DNA from: Utricularia gibba
Taxonomy: Eukaryota > Plantae > Magnoliophyta
NCBI GenBank assembly: GCA_002189035.1
Contig: CM007989.1
Coordinates: forward strand, 372,001 to 436,000
Length of the DNA: 64,000 nucleotides
Direction of reading: 5' to 3'
This document shows positions 36,797 through 50,311 of this stretch, piece after piece. Positions within the stretch are counted from its first letter, which is position 1, and each line of letters begins with the position of its first letter. The translations under genes and the position numbers were made by a program. Under the pieces are notes generated by a model, which was not told where the DNA came from, did no database searches, and saw nothing but the letters and a program-made list of their open reading frames with translations.

Positions 36797-37741
36797 ATGG
36801 ATTCTGAAGGTCAGTAGCACGCTCTCATCTGTTTCGTCAGCCATTAAGTCTATTGGCTTCAGATGAAGTGATTTATGCTTCTATTGTGATTACTCTGGTG
36901 ATATTTTCTTAGGGCAACGAACTCCCACAAACCCTTCGGCTGTTCTCTCTGCTCTGTTAAGCAAGAGGGCCAAGCTTCATGAAGAACTCCGATCTATTGA
37001 AAAGCAGGTTCGGCTTTTTTTTTTACTTTCTGTATTTAGCCGTTATAAGTGCGAACTGACATGCCCTTTTCAAATTTCTGCATAGGTTTATGATATGGAG
37101 ACGAGTTATTTACAGGACCCGAGTCAATGTGGCAATGTTTTGAAAGGTTTTGAAGGGTTCTTGTCGTCCTCGAAGAACACTGCCCTGTAAATTCTTCTTT
37201 TTTTTTTGTACAGTTGATTCCTTCTTTTCATTTTCTTAGTTGAGAAATCGTTATTATGGTGCTTTATTTGTTTTGCTTTATTCGATTATGGAATTGGTTA
37301 TTTCTCTACCTCCTGGTCTTGAGATTTGAATTATTTGCAGCTTGAAACGATCCCGGAAGTTTCAGCTCGAAGATAGACTCTTTTCATTATCTTCGGTCAC
37401 TTCACCTGTTGTGAGACTCTTTTCATTATCTTTTCGTTACAGGGATTTATTTCTAAACTCAAGAATGTGTTATTGCACGTCTTTGTTTCAGGTTGATGAA
37501 ATTGCTAGAGATGGTGGTATATCTGCGAATGGACCGTAAGTGTCCTGACTGTTGTCCTCACTATCAGCGAGCTGTTGGCCATCCTAGTTGCAGATTCCGT
37601 TTGTTGAGAAACTAACACTTTGCCTTGAATTTTCTGTGCTGCAGTGGAAAATCAAAGAAAGTTGGTAGACCACGGGAGGCAAAGCGAAGACAATCGAGTG
37701 ATGTCGATTTCGACTATGATGATGATACTGATTTGATGTAG
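36797..37741 (+). CDS. EAF6: Chromatin modification-related protein EAF6/MEAF6 (NuA4 subunit)
   Basis: Six exons splice to MDSEGQRTPTNPSAVLSALLSKRAKLHEELRSIEKQVYDMETSYLQDPSQCGNVLKGFEGFLSSSKNTALLKRSRKFQLEDRLFSLSSVTSP...DDDTDLM*. Confidence 0.92.
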
Positions 37742-38024
37742 TGGCCCTAACAACATTGAGGTAGATGACCATGCCCTCCTTATCTGTGCATAATAATTAT
37801 GCCCTTGGGGCCAGATTTCTAGCTTCCTTACCACACGCTCTTTTTTTTTTGTTCAATATCTAAAGAGAGAAAAATCCATTGAATATATGCTCCTTCGATT
37901 GTTTAAATAGAAAAATGTGCATGAAAATCATCCACTAGTTATTCTTTTACAGAAGCTAAAGAGTAAAGGGGGAGGTATCTGGGAAAAATGGCTTCAAAGT
38001 GAACAAATGTTGTCTGGCTTTAAT

Positions 38025-40838
38025 TTACCTGATGTAATCCTCAGCATCCAGCCATCTGAGAGTAAGCATGATTTTAACTAGGAAGCTCCGCAACCTGTAA
38101 TCAGCTACTGGGTTCCCAGCGATGTCTAATTGAATCAGATTCAAATCCTTGAACAGCAGATAAGCATCCCAATCCTCTTTCTGTGTGGCATCGCCATCAG
38201 CAAGTTCATCCTGTCGCCTCTCATTTTCGACTGCATGCGTAAGAGGGGAAGCGCACAAATGTCTCCTTGTGTCTATGGAGTGGGCGCCTATCTCATTGTG
38301 CGATATGTCTAATACTTCAAGAGCACTCAGCATTTTCAGGGGCTCCAGGGATGTAAAGCTTCTGATTCTGTTGTGGCCAAGTTTCAAGCAGGCAAGGAGT
38401 TGCAGTGCCTCCAATCCTGCATCGGAAATAATGAAAATGAAGAAATCAGTCTCATTGCCTTTCAATGTCGAATCGATCACAGTGCATGCTTTCCAAAAAC
38501 AAAGTGAGTGTATGATGTCTAGGAAAGGAATAAGAAGCCTGGCGATGGGATGCACACAGTAGATCTTCGAACAAACCTTCGATGTTGGAGAGGTTGTTGT
38601 GGCTGAGATCCAACATTTGAACCCACAAGAAACTCTCCATGAAACCAATTCGTGATATGGAGAGGCCATTCAGATTAAGAAACAAATAGCAGTTTGAAGT
38701 TGCTGAAGACATTTCTCGGTATTTGCCGCAGCGCTTGGCTAAAGCTTCTGGATCAGAAATCAACTGCAGGCCAACGAAGCGTTTCATGAAGGATGACGCA
38801 TAACAATGCAGAAATGCATACCGAAAGAACAAAGACCAGAAATCGTCATTGTGAAGAAAAAGGAGATTCACCTGCTTCAGTAAGGATAAGCTGCACATGT
38901 CCTCGTAATAACAAACATGAGCAGGGTCCATTTGCTTCAAGTCATCATAGAGTTTTAGAATGTCTTCGTATCGACAATCATCCACGCTGCGGGCCATCAG
39001 GAGTCTCGCAAGGGTCAGCTTTCCGATTTTACTAAATCCATAGAGAGAAACATTATACACAGATGAGTGAAATACATTAAGTCGGCTTCTCGGATGTCTC
39101 ATAACATGCCAGAAGAGTTGAACTTACCAGTCCATGGCTAACAGTAGCTCCTGGCAATAAGCAACTTCATTGGATATAATATCCATTCTCCAATCAGAAG
39201 CAGCTTTGTTGCCTCCTTTTGGGACTCCATCTTCATGGATCGTGGGAAGAAAGCTCCCTTGAGAACTTTCAGAATGAACCATAAAATTTTCCTCACTCCA
39301 GGATATTTTATGATGACCATCAACCTCAGAATGCACACCACCATCCGAAGATGCAGTTACAGTGAAAGATAAATGATAGCACTTACTAAAAAACTTTCCA
39401 TTCAAGGATGTAATGTACGGGGCTCCACCAATGGCAACACTAACAGAACAAGCGTCTAAGGAATCAGTGTTATCTGGAAATTCAATGTAGGCCATCCAGG
39501 CTTGGGAAAACCCATGTGGATTTGATGAAAGAGGCTTCCAGATAAAATCGGCAAGAGTATGATGCTGACATTCAACTATTACAGTTGAGGAGCTTATGCC
39601 ACAAACTGGCTCACTGAAATATAAGACCAGAGGAAATACTCTTCTTTTAGACTGGAAACGCACTTCAGGAAATGGTTCTGGGTCACTTGAGTAAGCTCCC
39701 AGCGATAAATTCAAATTTGAGCCCTGGGGAGGCCATGAAGAAATAAGCGCAGGCTCATACTCCAGAGTTTTCTCCAGAAGCCAACGATGATAAAACCAAC
39801 CACTTTGATCATCAGGGTCTGTAAAAAGAGCACTGCGTACAAACTCATATTCGTCCTTCAAAACAATCTCTTCAGCATCATATCCTGTCACTTTTTTCTC
39901 CATTAACTTATGAAGAAGCACGCTGCCAGAGGAAAGAATCTCGATCAGAAACTAATACAAATCAAATTGAAACCTAAAACCATAGGCAAACCTTCTATAA
40001 TGCCAAGCAGAATAATTACTGAAATTCTCTTCTATGATCCCAGTTGTGTACTTCAATTCTTCCTCATCGGGCATCTTCCTTAATGATGCTATGAATCTAC
40101 ATAGAAATAAAGAAGGTAAACATTAATGGAGCAGCAACTAATAAGTTGAAATACATTCGACATCAGGCCTCTTGCGATCACCTCCTGTAGTTCCACATGT
40201 GAAAATTCCTGGAGTCCGACTTGCAGAACATATCCAGAAGCCGCAATTCCCTATCAGTTGATAAGTGGTCCTTGCTTAGGACCCATTTCCGGTGGTGCCA
40301 TGCCCGTATGACTTATAATTTCTACGCAAGGCATTCTCCACCTGAATATAAATCCAGAAACTAAAAAGACCATCAACAATATATAGTTAACATCAGCAAG
40401 CAAGCAAGTGTGTTACGGTTAAACATGAATGCAAAAGGGATTGATGTAAAACTTACAACTTTCAATTCGTCAGTAAGTATCGACTGTATGGCATCGGAAT
40501 CATCTCTATTTCCAGAGGACTGATCTATATGAAACTGCACTGCACGCTTCCGGTAATTCCATCCCGTATAATGCTCCGGATTGTATTCCAACATAGTCGC
40601 GCTGATTTCCATAGCTTCTTTCGTGTATCTGCATCGAAATTCATAAAAAAAAAAAATCATAAAACCCGAATTCCCAAAACTTGAGTGTCAATCAAGAAAC
40701 ACCGATATATGAGATGACACACATTTTATTGTGATGAAAGTTAAGCACTTGCGCATGGAGATCTCGAAGCTTAGCGGCTTTAAGAGAAGAAGCCACCTGA
40801 TCTTCATCGGTTGGGGGTTTCCGAGGTCTTCCGTGCAT
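38025..40838 (-). CDS. RGTA1: Rab geranylgeranyltransferase alpha subunit (PPTA repeats plus C-terminal LRR); one apparent frameshift
   Basis: MHGRPRK start; [13 protein letters not shown]; NYKSYGAWHHRKW (needs +1 G at 40303-40305); [12 protein letters not shown]; [12 protein letters not shown]; [17 protein letters not shown]; [10 protein letters not shown]; LRRs LDLSHNNL and LDISHNEI. Confidence 0.92.
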
Positions 40839-41817
40839 CTTGTTGCGTCTGTGCTGGAACCTGTGATTGAGAAAAATTACAGTTTTTTAATGGGAATTGA
40901 GATCTAGACCTAAACCTCAAGTCACGACACAAGAACAAAAGTATGCAGTTCCCGAAATTTCATGGATTGGACTGTGCCAACAAAAAACACAATTCAACTA
41001 TTAATAAACAGAAAGGGATTCAAACTCGCCGTTTACGGCGGGTTCCGACGGTGGCGGGAGGCGCTGAATGGGACGAGTGGAAACTGTAGTTTAAAGGACA
41101 CCCGGGAGAATCCGGAACCCGGATGTAACCCGGAGAAGCCGGGTCGAAACCCTGGGGTCCACACGATTACGAACCCGAGGGATCCGACCCGTCACCATGC
41201 TGCCGGTAAAGGATACCGACAGTACAGGAACAATAGACTGAAGGGGGGCAACCCTAATTCAGGCTGAAATTTCTGTGGAATTATAATAATTATGTAAAAA
41301 ATACTGAGAGCATTTAACAAAATAATTTAATTAAAAATGTATTTAAAATATTTATATTTAACATTAATAGCATAATCATGTTAAAATAATATATCTATCA
41401 AATATTTATCTTAAAAAAGTTGATACATTCTCTACAAAAACCCTCGTCATCACATGTACAAGGATTGGTACAAAAAAGGGGTGAGATATGAATGTATTAC
41501 AAAAAATGATCACTGTGTGATAAAATTAATAACTTTACATGTAAAAATTTAGCCTTATTACGTAAGTGAGAAAGCATAACTACTTTTCTAAATGATCCCT
41601 TAAAACATGGGAATAGAGTTGTCTGAAGATTACTAAATGGTAACATAAGGTAATAAATCTTTGGCCATCAAACCCTAATGAATCAATAACCAGTACCAGA
41701 AAACACCATTCTCCGAACACAAGCACAAGCTCTATCATCTACAGTGTCACCACCATTCACACACCATGCAATATGTATGTATATACAGATCTAACATCTT
41801 AGGGACACAAATCCGGT

Positions 41818-43028
41818 TCACATGAACACCGAGCTCCCATCATCTTCAAAGTTGGACGCATCATCCATCCCCAGGCCGTCGGGGGTGAAGAAATCCAGCA
41901 AGAACCCATACTCGTCCTCACACTTGGCATCCGCCATGATCTTGCTGACCGTGTAGCCGGTGTTGGGGCTCGAGAGGGGAGGGATGTCGTGCCCGTGGTT
42001 CAAACCTGTGGACAGGACGCTCGCACCCATGTCGAGATGAGACGAGGAAGCACCCTGAGGTTGATGATCGTTCAGGTACTTGCTGGTGTACTCAGCAGGG
42101 GATGATCTTGATTTGTGGAACACCCTGCACAGCACCCAATCCTCCTGCGGAGTTGACAGCACTCGTGAAGCAGATGAACAGGTTATCAGTTAGGGTTCAG
42201 AGAGGGTACGTACTTTAGGGGGCAAGTGAGGATTCTCCAGCCGAAATTCGTGCATGATCCAGCCCGTTTTGACGCCCTTTGGAGCTCTATTCCTGTAGAA
42301 AACCAAGGTCTTTCTCATCCCCACAACGCCGCTCACTCGCTTGTCGACCACCGGCCGGTCCTTCCCCGTCGCCTTCCAATACCCCGTCGTTGTAGCTCGA
42401 TTTGTTCGATACCCGGTGGCGTATTTCCGATCACGGAAACTGAAGAAATACCACTCGTTCGAGTTCAGCTTGGCAACATCTATCACATAACCAAGTAGAG
42501 ATAAAGAAAACACACATACATTTATATATAGATATCAATAACCGTTTGGGCAAATATGGTACGTATATGAGGTAAGCAAAGAGGCAAAACAATCGTTGCA
42601 TTATTATTATTATTCTCGAAAGAGTTTGCAGGCATATCATCTCATCTCATGTCTGAGATCAGGCAACTGCATGTGTTGGCATCAAGCCTATGTCACACTC
42701 GTTGTCTTCGCCTGCACAAAAATGATCGTGTACCGAGTACTTTCCATTACACGCACCGCAGAAGCCTTGTTCCCATCTACTCATATGTTTGGTTCCTTAA
42801 CCTCAAAGCAGCAAAGCTGTACCCGAAAGGCAAGTCGGAGTTGCGTAAAAGAAGCGTACCGGGAAGCATCCACGGCTCGCAGACGTGGAGATCGATCTCG
42901 ACGAGAGTTCCTCGAACAAGCTCCTCGTTGCGGGTCTTCTTGTAGAGGTAGTGGCAGACGAGCTCCTCGTCGCTGGGGTAGAACCGGAACCCCGGCGGTA
43001 GCGTCTGTCCGATGTCGCGCAGCCCCAT
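41818..43028 (-). CDS. NAC: NAC transcription factor (ANAC074-like)
   Basis: [28 protein letters not shown]...[13 protein letters not shown]|[40 protein letters not shown]...GMRKTLVFY...WIMHEFRLE...|EDWVLCRVF; three exons. Confidence 0.95.
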
Positions 43029-45134
43029 TCCGGTTCCAAACACCCACCTGAAAATGATGCTATGGGAGGTTGAACCTTGGCGTAGACGATGGGAAGACAT
43101 ATATATATACACACACATGAGGGGTTCCTTAACCGACTAGAAATTCCTTTGGTGTGTGTCATGCCCATGTAGTAAGCCATAACAATAATTACATCTTCGT
43201 AAGCACGACGACAAATTCTACTGCAGTGCAAGGCTTCTGGCCATCTGCTCCCCACAATAAACAGTTACACCCAATAATACCTGTCACTATAAACCCATCA
43301 TCAAAAACCACACTGTAGATTAAACAGGATTGCTTTTAAGGGAGGCACTGAATGCACATATCATCCTGCTATTCTTTCTGATAAACGTTGCCCCCACGTT
43401 TCCGGAAGGCGGGTGCTTGTCGGCATTTCGTTACTCGCTACTTGGGGTGCGTATAACACAATTAGAGAAGGTGGGTAGGCAAGGGGAGCAGGAGGGGTAT
43501 GTTGTTTATCCAAGAAAGCGTACGCAGATTCGATGATCTGAGAAGGAATTCTAAAGCGCAGAATAATTGTTTTGGAAGGTAATGCACAAGGAAACAAGTG
43601 GATATCCTTGGCAGATGCAAAGAGACAGAAGCGAGGGCTTCACGTGTGGCATAAGTCAGGGAAACACATGGGGGCCAGGGCTGGGTATTCCACTCCCAGA
43701 TCATCAGCAAGCCCTACCAGGAATTATTGCAAACTCATTGCCGCTTGGGATCTTTTTGTGTTGTCCCCCCAATTTGCAAATAAACATGGCGCATTATCCA
43801 GGACACTTCAGGGGGGGGGGTGTGCCGTGTCCGATCCGCGTCCAAGCCACTCCCCCCTTCTCGCTCAGTGTTCGTTCACATACACACAGCTAAGCCATGG
43901 ATATGGGAGATGATGAGGCCCCCATGCAAGCATCTCAATGTTGAACAGGATAGTTGCAAATTTATTGTATCAGAAGATGAGTTTGATAAGCATATCTTGA
44001 TTTCGTACTCGTGTTTTTTTCTAAAAATAGAAATTATTACAAACACACATGAGTCACAAATGTAATGAACTCGGGTGTTGTACGGGCATTCCCCATCCCA
44101 CGCGCGCGCACACACACACAGACACCAATTCGTGGCGGTCTGTTCAAGTCGTTTTCCCGTCAACGTGAGTATGATGCATTTAATAGCTGTCCTTAACTCA
44201 ACAGATTCTCCTGACACATTTTGACAGCTCAGCCTCCTCCCTTTTCCCTTCATCATCACACTCGTGACAAATACCCGTGTTTTATTCCTGTGTTTAATCA
44301 TTGTTTTAAATCCTAAATCTTTATTAAATCGAGTTTTATTATTTTTAATTATATTCATATTGATTATATTTATTGAAAAAATTATTATATAAAAAACTCT
44401 TTTAATATAAATTGCGTAATTAAAAAAATTAATCTCCAAATTTTATACATATACATCATTAGTCTTTAAAGGTATATAATTAATCTCTTTTGATTTTGTA
44501 CTCTTTGAACATTGATTATGATTAATCTTTTTTTTCAAAAAAATACCATTTAAAAAAATGTTATCCTGACTTTATCTCTAAACACTACATTTAATTTTTT
44601 ACAAACATCAATTTTCTCCCACAATCACAGGAAGTCTAATCATCCTTATTTTAAAAAGAAAGGATTATTATAATTTTCCGTTTTTTTATTAATCATAACA
44701 AAAAGGAAAAATGAAACCAAAGACAACCCAAAACACAAGGGACTGGTTGCCGGGACGTGGAAATTTGCTTAGAAGCTCAACCAAATGATGGGGACGAAGC
44801 GTATGTAGAAGGAGCGTATTGGGACACAAACCTCGTCTACCAAGCTACTCAAATCAACAGCAGATATTTGCGTACATGCAACCAGCTCTCAATAGGGAAA
44901 AGGATTAGTAACAGAAAAGTGGACCTGATCTTCTGATGTTCCCAGTTTGGGAAGCAACAGAAGGAGATGAGCCATGCTTGCACTCATCGATCAGGGAGCC
45001 TGAGCATCGCCCTTGAAAATATATAAGTGGATCTTCTTAAACATGAGACTTGGTTGGTAACGATGAGGCAGAGAGTGGAGTCTGGGCCTAGAGCCTTCTG
45101 GAACAGAAGCCATCTTCTGAAAAGGGCCTACTGG

Positions 45135-45850
45135 TTAGTACTTGGGTGCTGGTTGTTGAGTTGGAAGCAGACCAAAGCGTTTCTTCAGTAGAACTCTCTG
45201 CCTTGAGTATTTATCATCAGGGGAAAAGCGGGCTGAAACGAGTTGCAGAAGGAAAAAAACGATGAAAAGTGTATAGAACATTCAGTTACCTACATAGCAA
45301 TGAAAACACTAGCCAGCATGGTCACAGAGATAAGTTCATGAAAAAGATTCTGGAACGCTCATTTGAGAAGATGAAAATAGTAGAACGTGAACTTTGTCTA
45401 CTGTAAAAATCCCATATTGAGAAGATGCACGGAGCATGCAAATAGCAAGATGATCACGTTGACAAACTCTTCAGGAAAGCCACTTCCATTAACAACTAGA
45501 GGCTGCAAATCATAAGCGCTGTTGGAAGGGAAATTACCAGGATGAGCAGACTGTGTAGCGAGCCCTAAAGGCGACTCCTTCTGCAAAACAGCACAAGTTT
45601 TCTAAGTTGATAAACACAAGAACCACACTGAATTCAAAAATCAAAATCTTCCAACAAAGAACACAAGAAACTGCAGTCACGGCAAGAGCATGGCACTAAG
45701 AAGTTTAGACCCCCCAACATCTCTAATCAGGAAAAAAAAAGAATCATTAAAAACAGAAAACCGAAAAGAAAACTGGAAACATGAGTAGCTAGGAACCTTC
45801 GTCGTGTAAACTTTGTCGCCGTTTTCATTGATGTAAAACTGGAGCAACAT
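45135..45850 (-). CDS. NOP10: H/ACA ribonucleoprotein subunit NOP10
   Basis: [18 protein letters not shown]|[14 protein letters not shown]|[32 protein letters not shown]; three exons. Confidence 0.95.
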
Positions 45851-46429
45851 CGTCGAATTCAAGAAAAGAACTTGCGAATGATCTACCGAAGAACTTTGGG
45901 AGCAGATGAAATACGAATTAGCACGCCGGCAGGGGGGGGGGGGGTGGCGAGTGGCGGAGGCAGCCAAGGACGAAGAAGACAAAGGAAGATTAGGGCACTA
46001 TAGAGCCCGATACCCAATTGAGAAGAGCAGCTCAAGGTCCATATAACCCAATGCCTTGAACCAATTCCTGGCCCGTTTTCTTTTTCAATTTGATGATACA
46101 TTCGCCTTGAAAGCGGAGACGACTGTTGTAAGGGAAGCTCATTCGTATCCTTTGATCAGGTACATTGCTGTAACCCTGGCGGTTTTCCGGTCACCGCGGG
46201 GCTCCTCTACGGTCAGTAGTTACCAGACTTGGTGAGACTAAACGCCTTCTTGGTGTATGATCTTGGTCGTGACATGACAATGAAGGTTGTTTTCAGTGCA
46301 AATGCACAAATTCTAGTTTGGGGGGGTAAAAACAGAGAATAAAGTAGCCATGAAACAACAGGAATGAAGGTTTGTTCTCACACTTGTTCCGGAAATCTAA
46401 ATGGCAAAAGCGTAACATTTTTTCAATTC

Positions 46430-47425
46430 TCAGGTAGAACTGCTTTTCTTGAGGCCGGCAAGCTCCCGCCGCACAACACCAGCTTTCTGAAAAGCCATAC
46501 ATGGGAATATCGAGTCAACAAGCAAAGACAAGATCAGCAAATCAAGATAACTGTTGCATTCGAGTGTTGGAGTATGATATAGAGGAAACGCAATTTCGGC
46601 CAACTTCTATGCTATCTATGAATCGAAAATGTACATGAAGATGCAACGGAAAACCTACCTTGATTTTGGCCAACATCAATTTGAACCGATCAAAGTCATT
46701 GAGGGCGGCCCTTCTCTTCTGAACAATCAGCTTCCTTCCCCAGCTGCTCTTCTCCCATTTTCCCTTCACATCTACAGATATAAGAGCGCGAGACAGTTAC
46801 CAATTTCATCATTTTAATCAAAACAGGATGGTATCCCCGTAACTGGATACAAACCAGCAGCCTCCATCGCATCTACAAGAGCCTTCTTCTTGGGAACCCT
46901 TTTGATATCGATCTTGATGTCCGTGAGAGAGAGCCTCTTGAAGTTCATCTGGCTCCGAACCATGTCGGGAGCATCAACAAGGGCCTGTGCCGGGGATGCC
47001 AGTTTTGAACATTATACAAACATCCCAAGTTACAGATAGTTGCAATTCAATTAAGTCCTCAGAAACCACACTATTGTAACAGAAACTTCTGTTGATAGCA
47101 CCCATGCTCTACAACGCAGAATGAGGTAGAAGCTAACACAACAAACACATGATGAAAAAAAAAATAACCTTGGCCCTAATAATGAAGAACAAAAGAAACC
47201 CAAATTAGAAAAGCATGAAACAAGCAAATTCATACCCGATTCTGGTCAATGACATCAACGATGACAACCAGCCTTCCATATTCCTTCCCGTAATTGACGA
47301 GGGCTACCCTCCCGATCTCCACGTACCTCTTGAACGGCTACAGAACACCCAAAAATCGCATTACCGTTTCCGCAAACAGAATAAATATTTACAGAGTGCG
47401 CATAGATTGCATAGAAGCTCACCAT
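46430..47425 (-). CDS. RPL14: 60S ribosomal protein L14 (eL14)
   Basis: M|[34 protein letters not shown]|[25 protein letters not shown]...|[38 protein letters not shown]|[14 protein letters not shown]; five exons. Confidence 0.96.
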
Positions 47426-47482
47426 TTTAGGCGGCAAGCACCAGCAGGAGTGGGGAAGCCGGATTTGGGGAGAACCAAGAAC

Positions 47483-47564
47483 TAGGGTTCTTAAGTTCGG
47501 TATATATATTGGGCTTTCAAATATTGAAATGGCTTAGGCCCATTCTAGACGAAAACTCGGCCCA
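47483..47564 (-). promoter_or_regulatory. Ribosomal-protein-type promoter: telo-box-like, TATA and site II elements
   Basis: tagggtt at 47483 (AACCCTA on minus); tatatata at 47501; tgggct at 47510; ggccca at 47537 and 47559. Confidence 0.6.
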
Positions 47565-47902
47565 ACCATTCCTCTTTGTAATAAGGCATCAACATGATTG
47601 CTGATCTGAAGTTCCGATAATCATGTGCTCTGAGAACCAACAGTTCTCTATGCCTCTGAAAACGAAAGGCTTTGCATAAGCCACCATCAACCCTTTTCAG
47701 AATGTCATTCATTTGCTCTCATCCTCCTGCTACATTCCATTGACAGCAAATCAAAGGAAAGCCAGAAGGCATTCGTTCACCCCACCCGTTGGATTCCCCT
47801 TCCCATGGAGGAAGAATCTTAAGCCCATATAATGAAGCTGTGTTTACATTCACAGAGTCTGTTGATGTTCCTGTGCGTAGAGAGAATAGAGACTTGTAGA
47901 CA

Positions 47903-48787
47903 ATGCCCGCCAAGATGAAGGGCCTCTTCAAAGGGCTCAGATACATTTCTCAGATATTTGGTAAGCTTCATGCTGGCTCGTATTTGTCTCTGTAACTTAG
48001 ATCTCGTTCGAAATGATGATTGCAGAAGATGAGAAGGAAGAAGAGATGCAGATTGGGCTGCCTACAGATGTGAAGCATGTTGCTCATATTGGATGCGATG
48101 GACCCTCCGTTGATTCCAGCCCCAGTTGGGTACAATCACAACAAACACTCATCTTCTGTAGAATATTGTTTTCGTTTTCGCGTCCCCTGTGTGAATGGGA
48201 AAGTATGCTGCTCCAGATGAAGGAATTCAAATCCTCCGATGGACTCCAGTCTGGGCCATTGGACTCGTTTGGTGACAACAAAGGAGAAACAGGGACAAAA
48301 AGGGTTGCAGAAGGTAGTTTCAGAGATGCTTTTTGAAAATGCATTCATGGGAAAGATGCTTTATTTTTTATGAACCATCAAATTCGTTGACGTAGATTCG
48401 AGGAGAGGGAGCGGAGTAGCTAGGGATTTGCCGGAAGTGCCGAGATCATTCCGGCGCCACAGCGGTAAAAACGGCGATGAGTCACCGAAGAAGAAAGAAG
48501 GGTCGACGAAATCCAGGCATTCAAGGCGGAGCAATTCTAAGGAATCGTTAGAGGGTAGTGTCCGCTCCGCCCGGCTCTCGACCGAGCTCAGCCCTGTGCC
48601 GGAATCCCCTTTGCATGGCCTGCCGGAAATTCCCAAGAAATCCCGGAAAAAGAAGCCTAAAGATGCCGATGGGGGGTCGACCCGTTCGAAGTCCAAACCC
48701 ATCCCTTGCTCCTCCAACGCCGACTCCGATCGAGAATCCGCCGCCGGGACTCTCAACGATGAAGATACAATAGGAAGGGCTAATTAA
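47903..48787 (+). CDS. RIC: ROP-interactive CRIB-domain protein (RIC)
   Basis: [19 protein letters not shown]|[31 protein letters not shown]|MKEFKS (CRIB motif), then a basic tail with [12 protein letters not shown]; four exons. Confidence 0.92.
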
Positions 48788-48957
48788 TCACTCAGATCAC
48801 ATTTTTTTCAGTTTCTTGTACACGATTCACAGAACTCTTGTATGGTATTCAGTTCTCGAACTGTCAGAAAACCCACATCAAATCTTCAGCCACAGTGCAT
48901 ATACAATTGAGAAGAAAGCTTTGATACCTCCAGAAAGGGCAGAAGCTACTGCATTTT

Positions 48958-50311
48958 TCAAAAGAAAATGAGCATAATGTGAAGGCAGAAGAAGATAGAA
49001 AACGCCAAATATGAAGCCATGAACGATGAAGATGCTTGAGAACCAGCAGATGATTGAAGAAGGGCATCTGGGGGGAGTTGCATTTGTCTGCAGACATTTA
49101 TTCCCCAATGGCGTTAACCTTGACAAGATGCAAGCTTTCTCCAATGCAAATGCCTGCATTGCCCTCCACGTTCAGTTTCATCCCAAGTCTTGATAGGAAT
49201 GCTGCAGAAAATGGAAGCCTCCCAGTTAATCTGTTGTTCTTCAGGTTGAGTTCATTCAGCTTCTCCAGAGTTTCGAATTCCTCAGGGATTGCACCTTCAA
49301 GGCTATTGTTTTCAAGCTCCAAGAAGCTTAAGTTTCTCAAACTTGAACCCATGGATTTTGGGATATTACCAACAAGCCCCATTGAGGACAACCCAAGTCC
49401 CTTGATTCCTCCGAGATTCTCCCATATTTCAGGAATCCTGCCTCCAACCAGATTGTTGCTCAAATACACCTCCTTCAAGGTGGGCATTTCAGACAAGAAC
49501 AAGGGAAAGCCAAACTGTCCAAAGTGATTGTGACTCAAATCTAAAAACTCTAGCTTTGTGAGATTCTTTAAGAACTCTGGCACTCTACCTGAGAACCCAT
49601 TGAAGCTCAGATCAAGCTTCAGCAGTTCACTGAGAGTCCCAACTGAATCTGGAACCTTTCCATGGAATGCATTGTGACGGAAGTCAAGAACTTTGAGTTT
49701 CTTCATGTCATCAAAAACGTTCATCTCCAATTCACCTTCAAAGTTGTTACCCGACAAGATAAGCTGCTCCAGATTCACCAACCCATGAAACTCACCCCAA
49801 GAAACACCATTTCCACTCAAAACCAGCTTTCTCAAGCTGCCCAAGTTACCGATTTTCCCTTCAATAGATCCAACAAGTTTCGGGTTACCCATAAAAACTA
49901 GCTCTTGTAACGCAGATGCTACCCTGTCGACAAATCCGGAAATGGGACTTCTTTCAAAGTGAAACATTTATAGAAAAATAACTTCCTGAGATAGGTAAAC
50001 GCCTTCAATAGCGAACCATCGAAGCTAGCGTTGAAATGGCACGCTGGGTTCGGCGAAAATTCAGAAACGTAACCGAAACTCAGCTCTGTAACATGTGTCT
50101 CCCCTGTTTCAAAAACGTCACAAACGACACCATGTGGAGCAGAGACGCAGAGATCGTCAGGAAACAGAGTTCTCCACTCAGTGCCGGCGCTTACAGCCTC
50201 CAACACCCTGTAAACGCCTTCTTGCTCAGCCGCTTGAAGCGGCTGAGACACAACACACCAACTTGAAACACAGAGCAACAACAGCAGAAAAGAAAACTCA
50301 AAACACGACAT
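48958..50311 (-). CDS. LRR receptor-like protein (PII-2-like); two apparent frameshifts
   Basis: Signal peptide; WRTLFPDDLCVSAPHGVVCD...VTELSFGYVSEFSPNPAC...FFYKCF cap; extracellular LRRs (LxxLxLSxNxLxGxIP). +1 G at 49922-49924 joins the two ORFs. +1 G at 49103-49106 gives a hydrophobic C-terminus ...SYLAFSIFFCLHIMLIFF*. Confidence 0.85.

Noticed and set aside
43876-44439. 187-aa minus-strand ORF
   Set aside because: Starts in AT-rich spacer with I/N/K-biased composition; no domain recognised.
44712-44895. Protein-like open frame CRDVEICLEAQPNDGDEAYVEGAYWDTNLV...
   Set aside because: Under 60 codons, no ATG or clear splice context, no recognised homolog.
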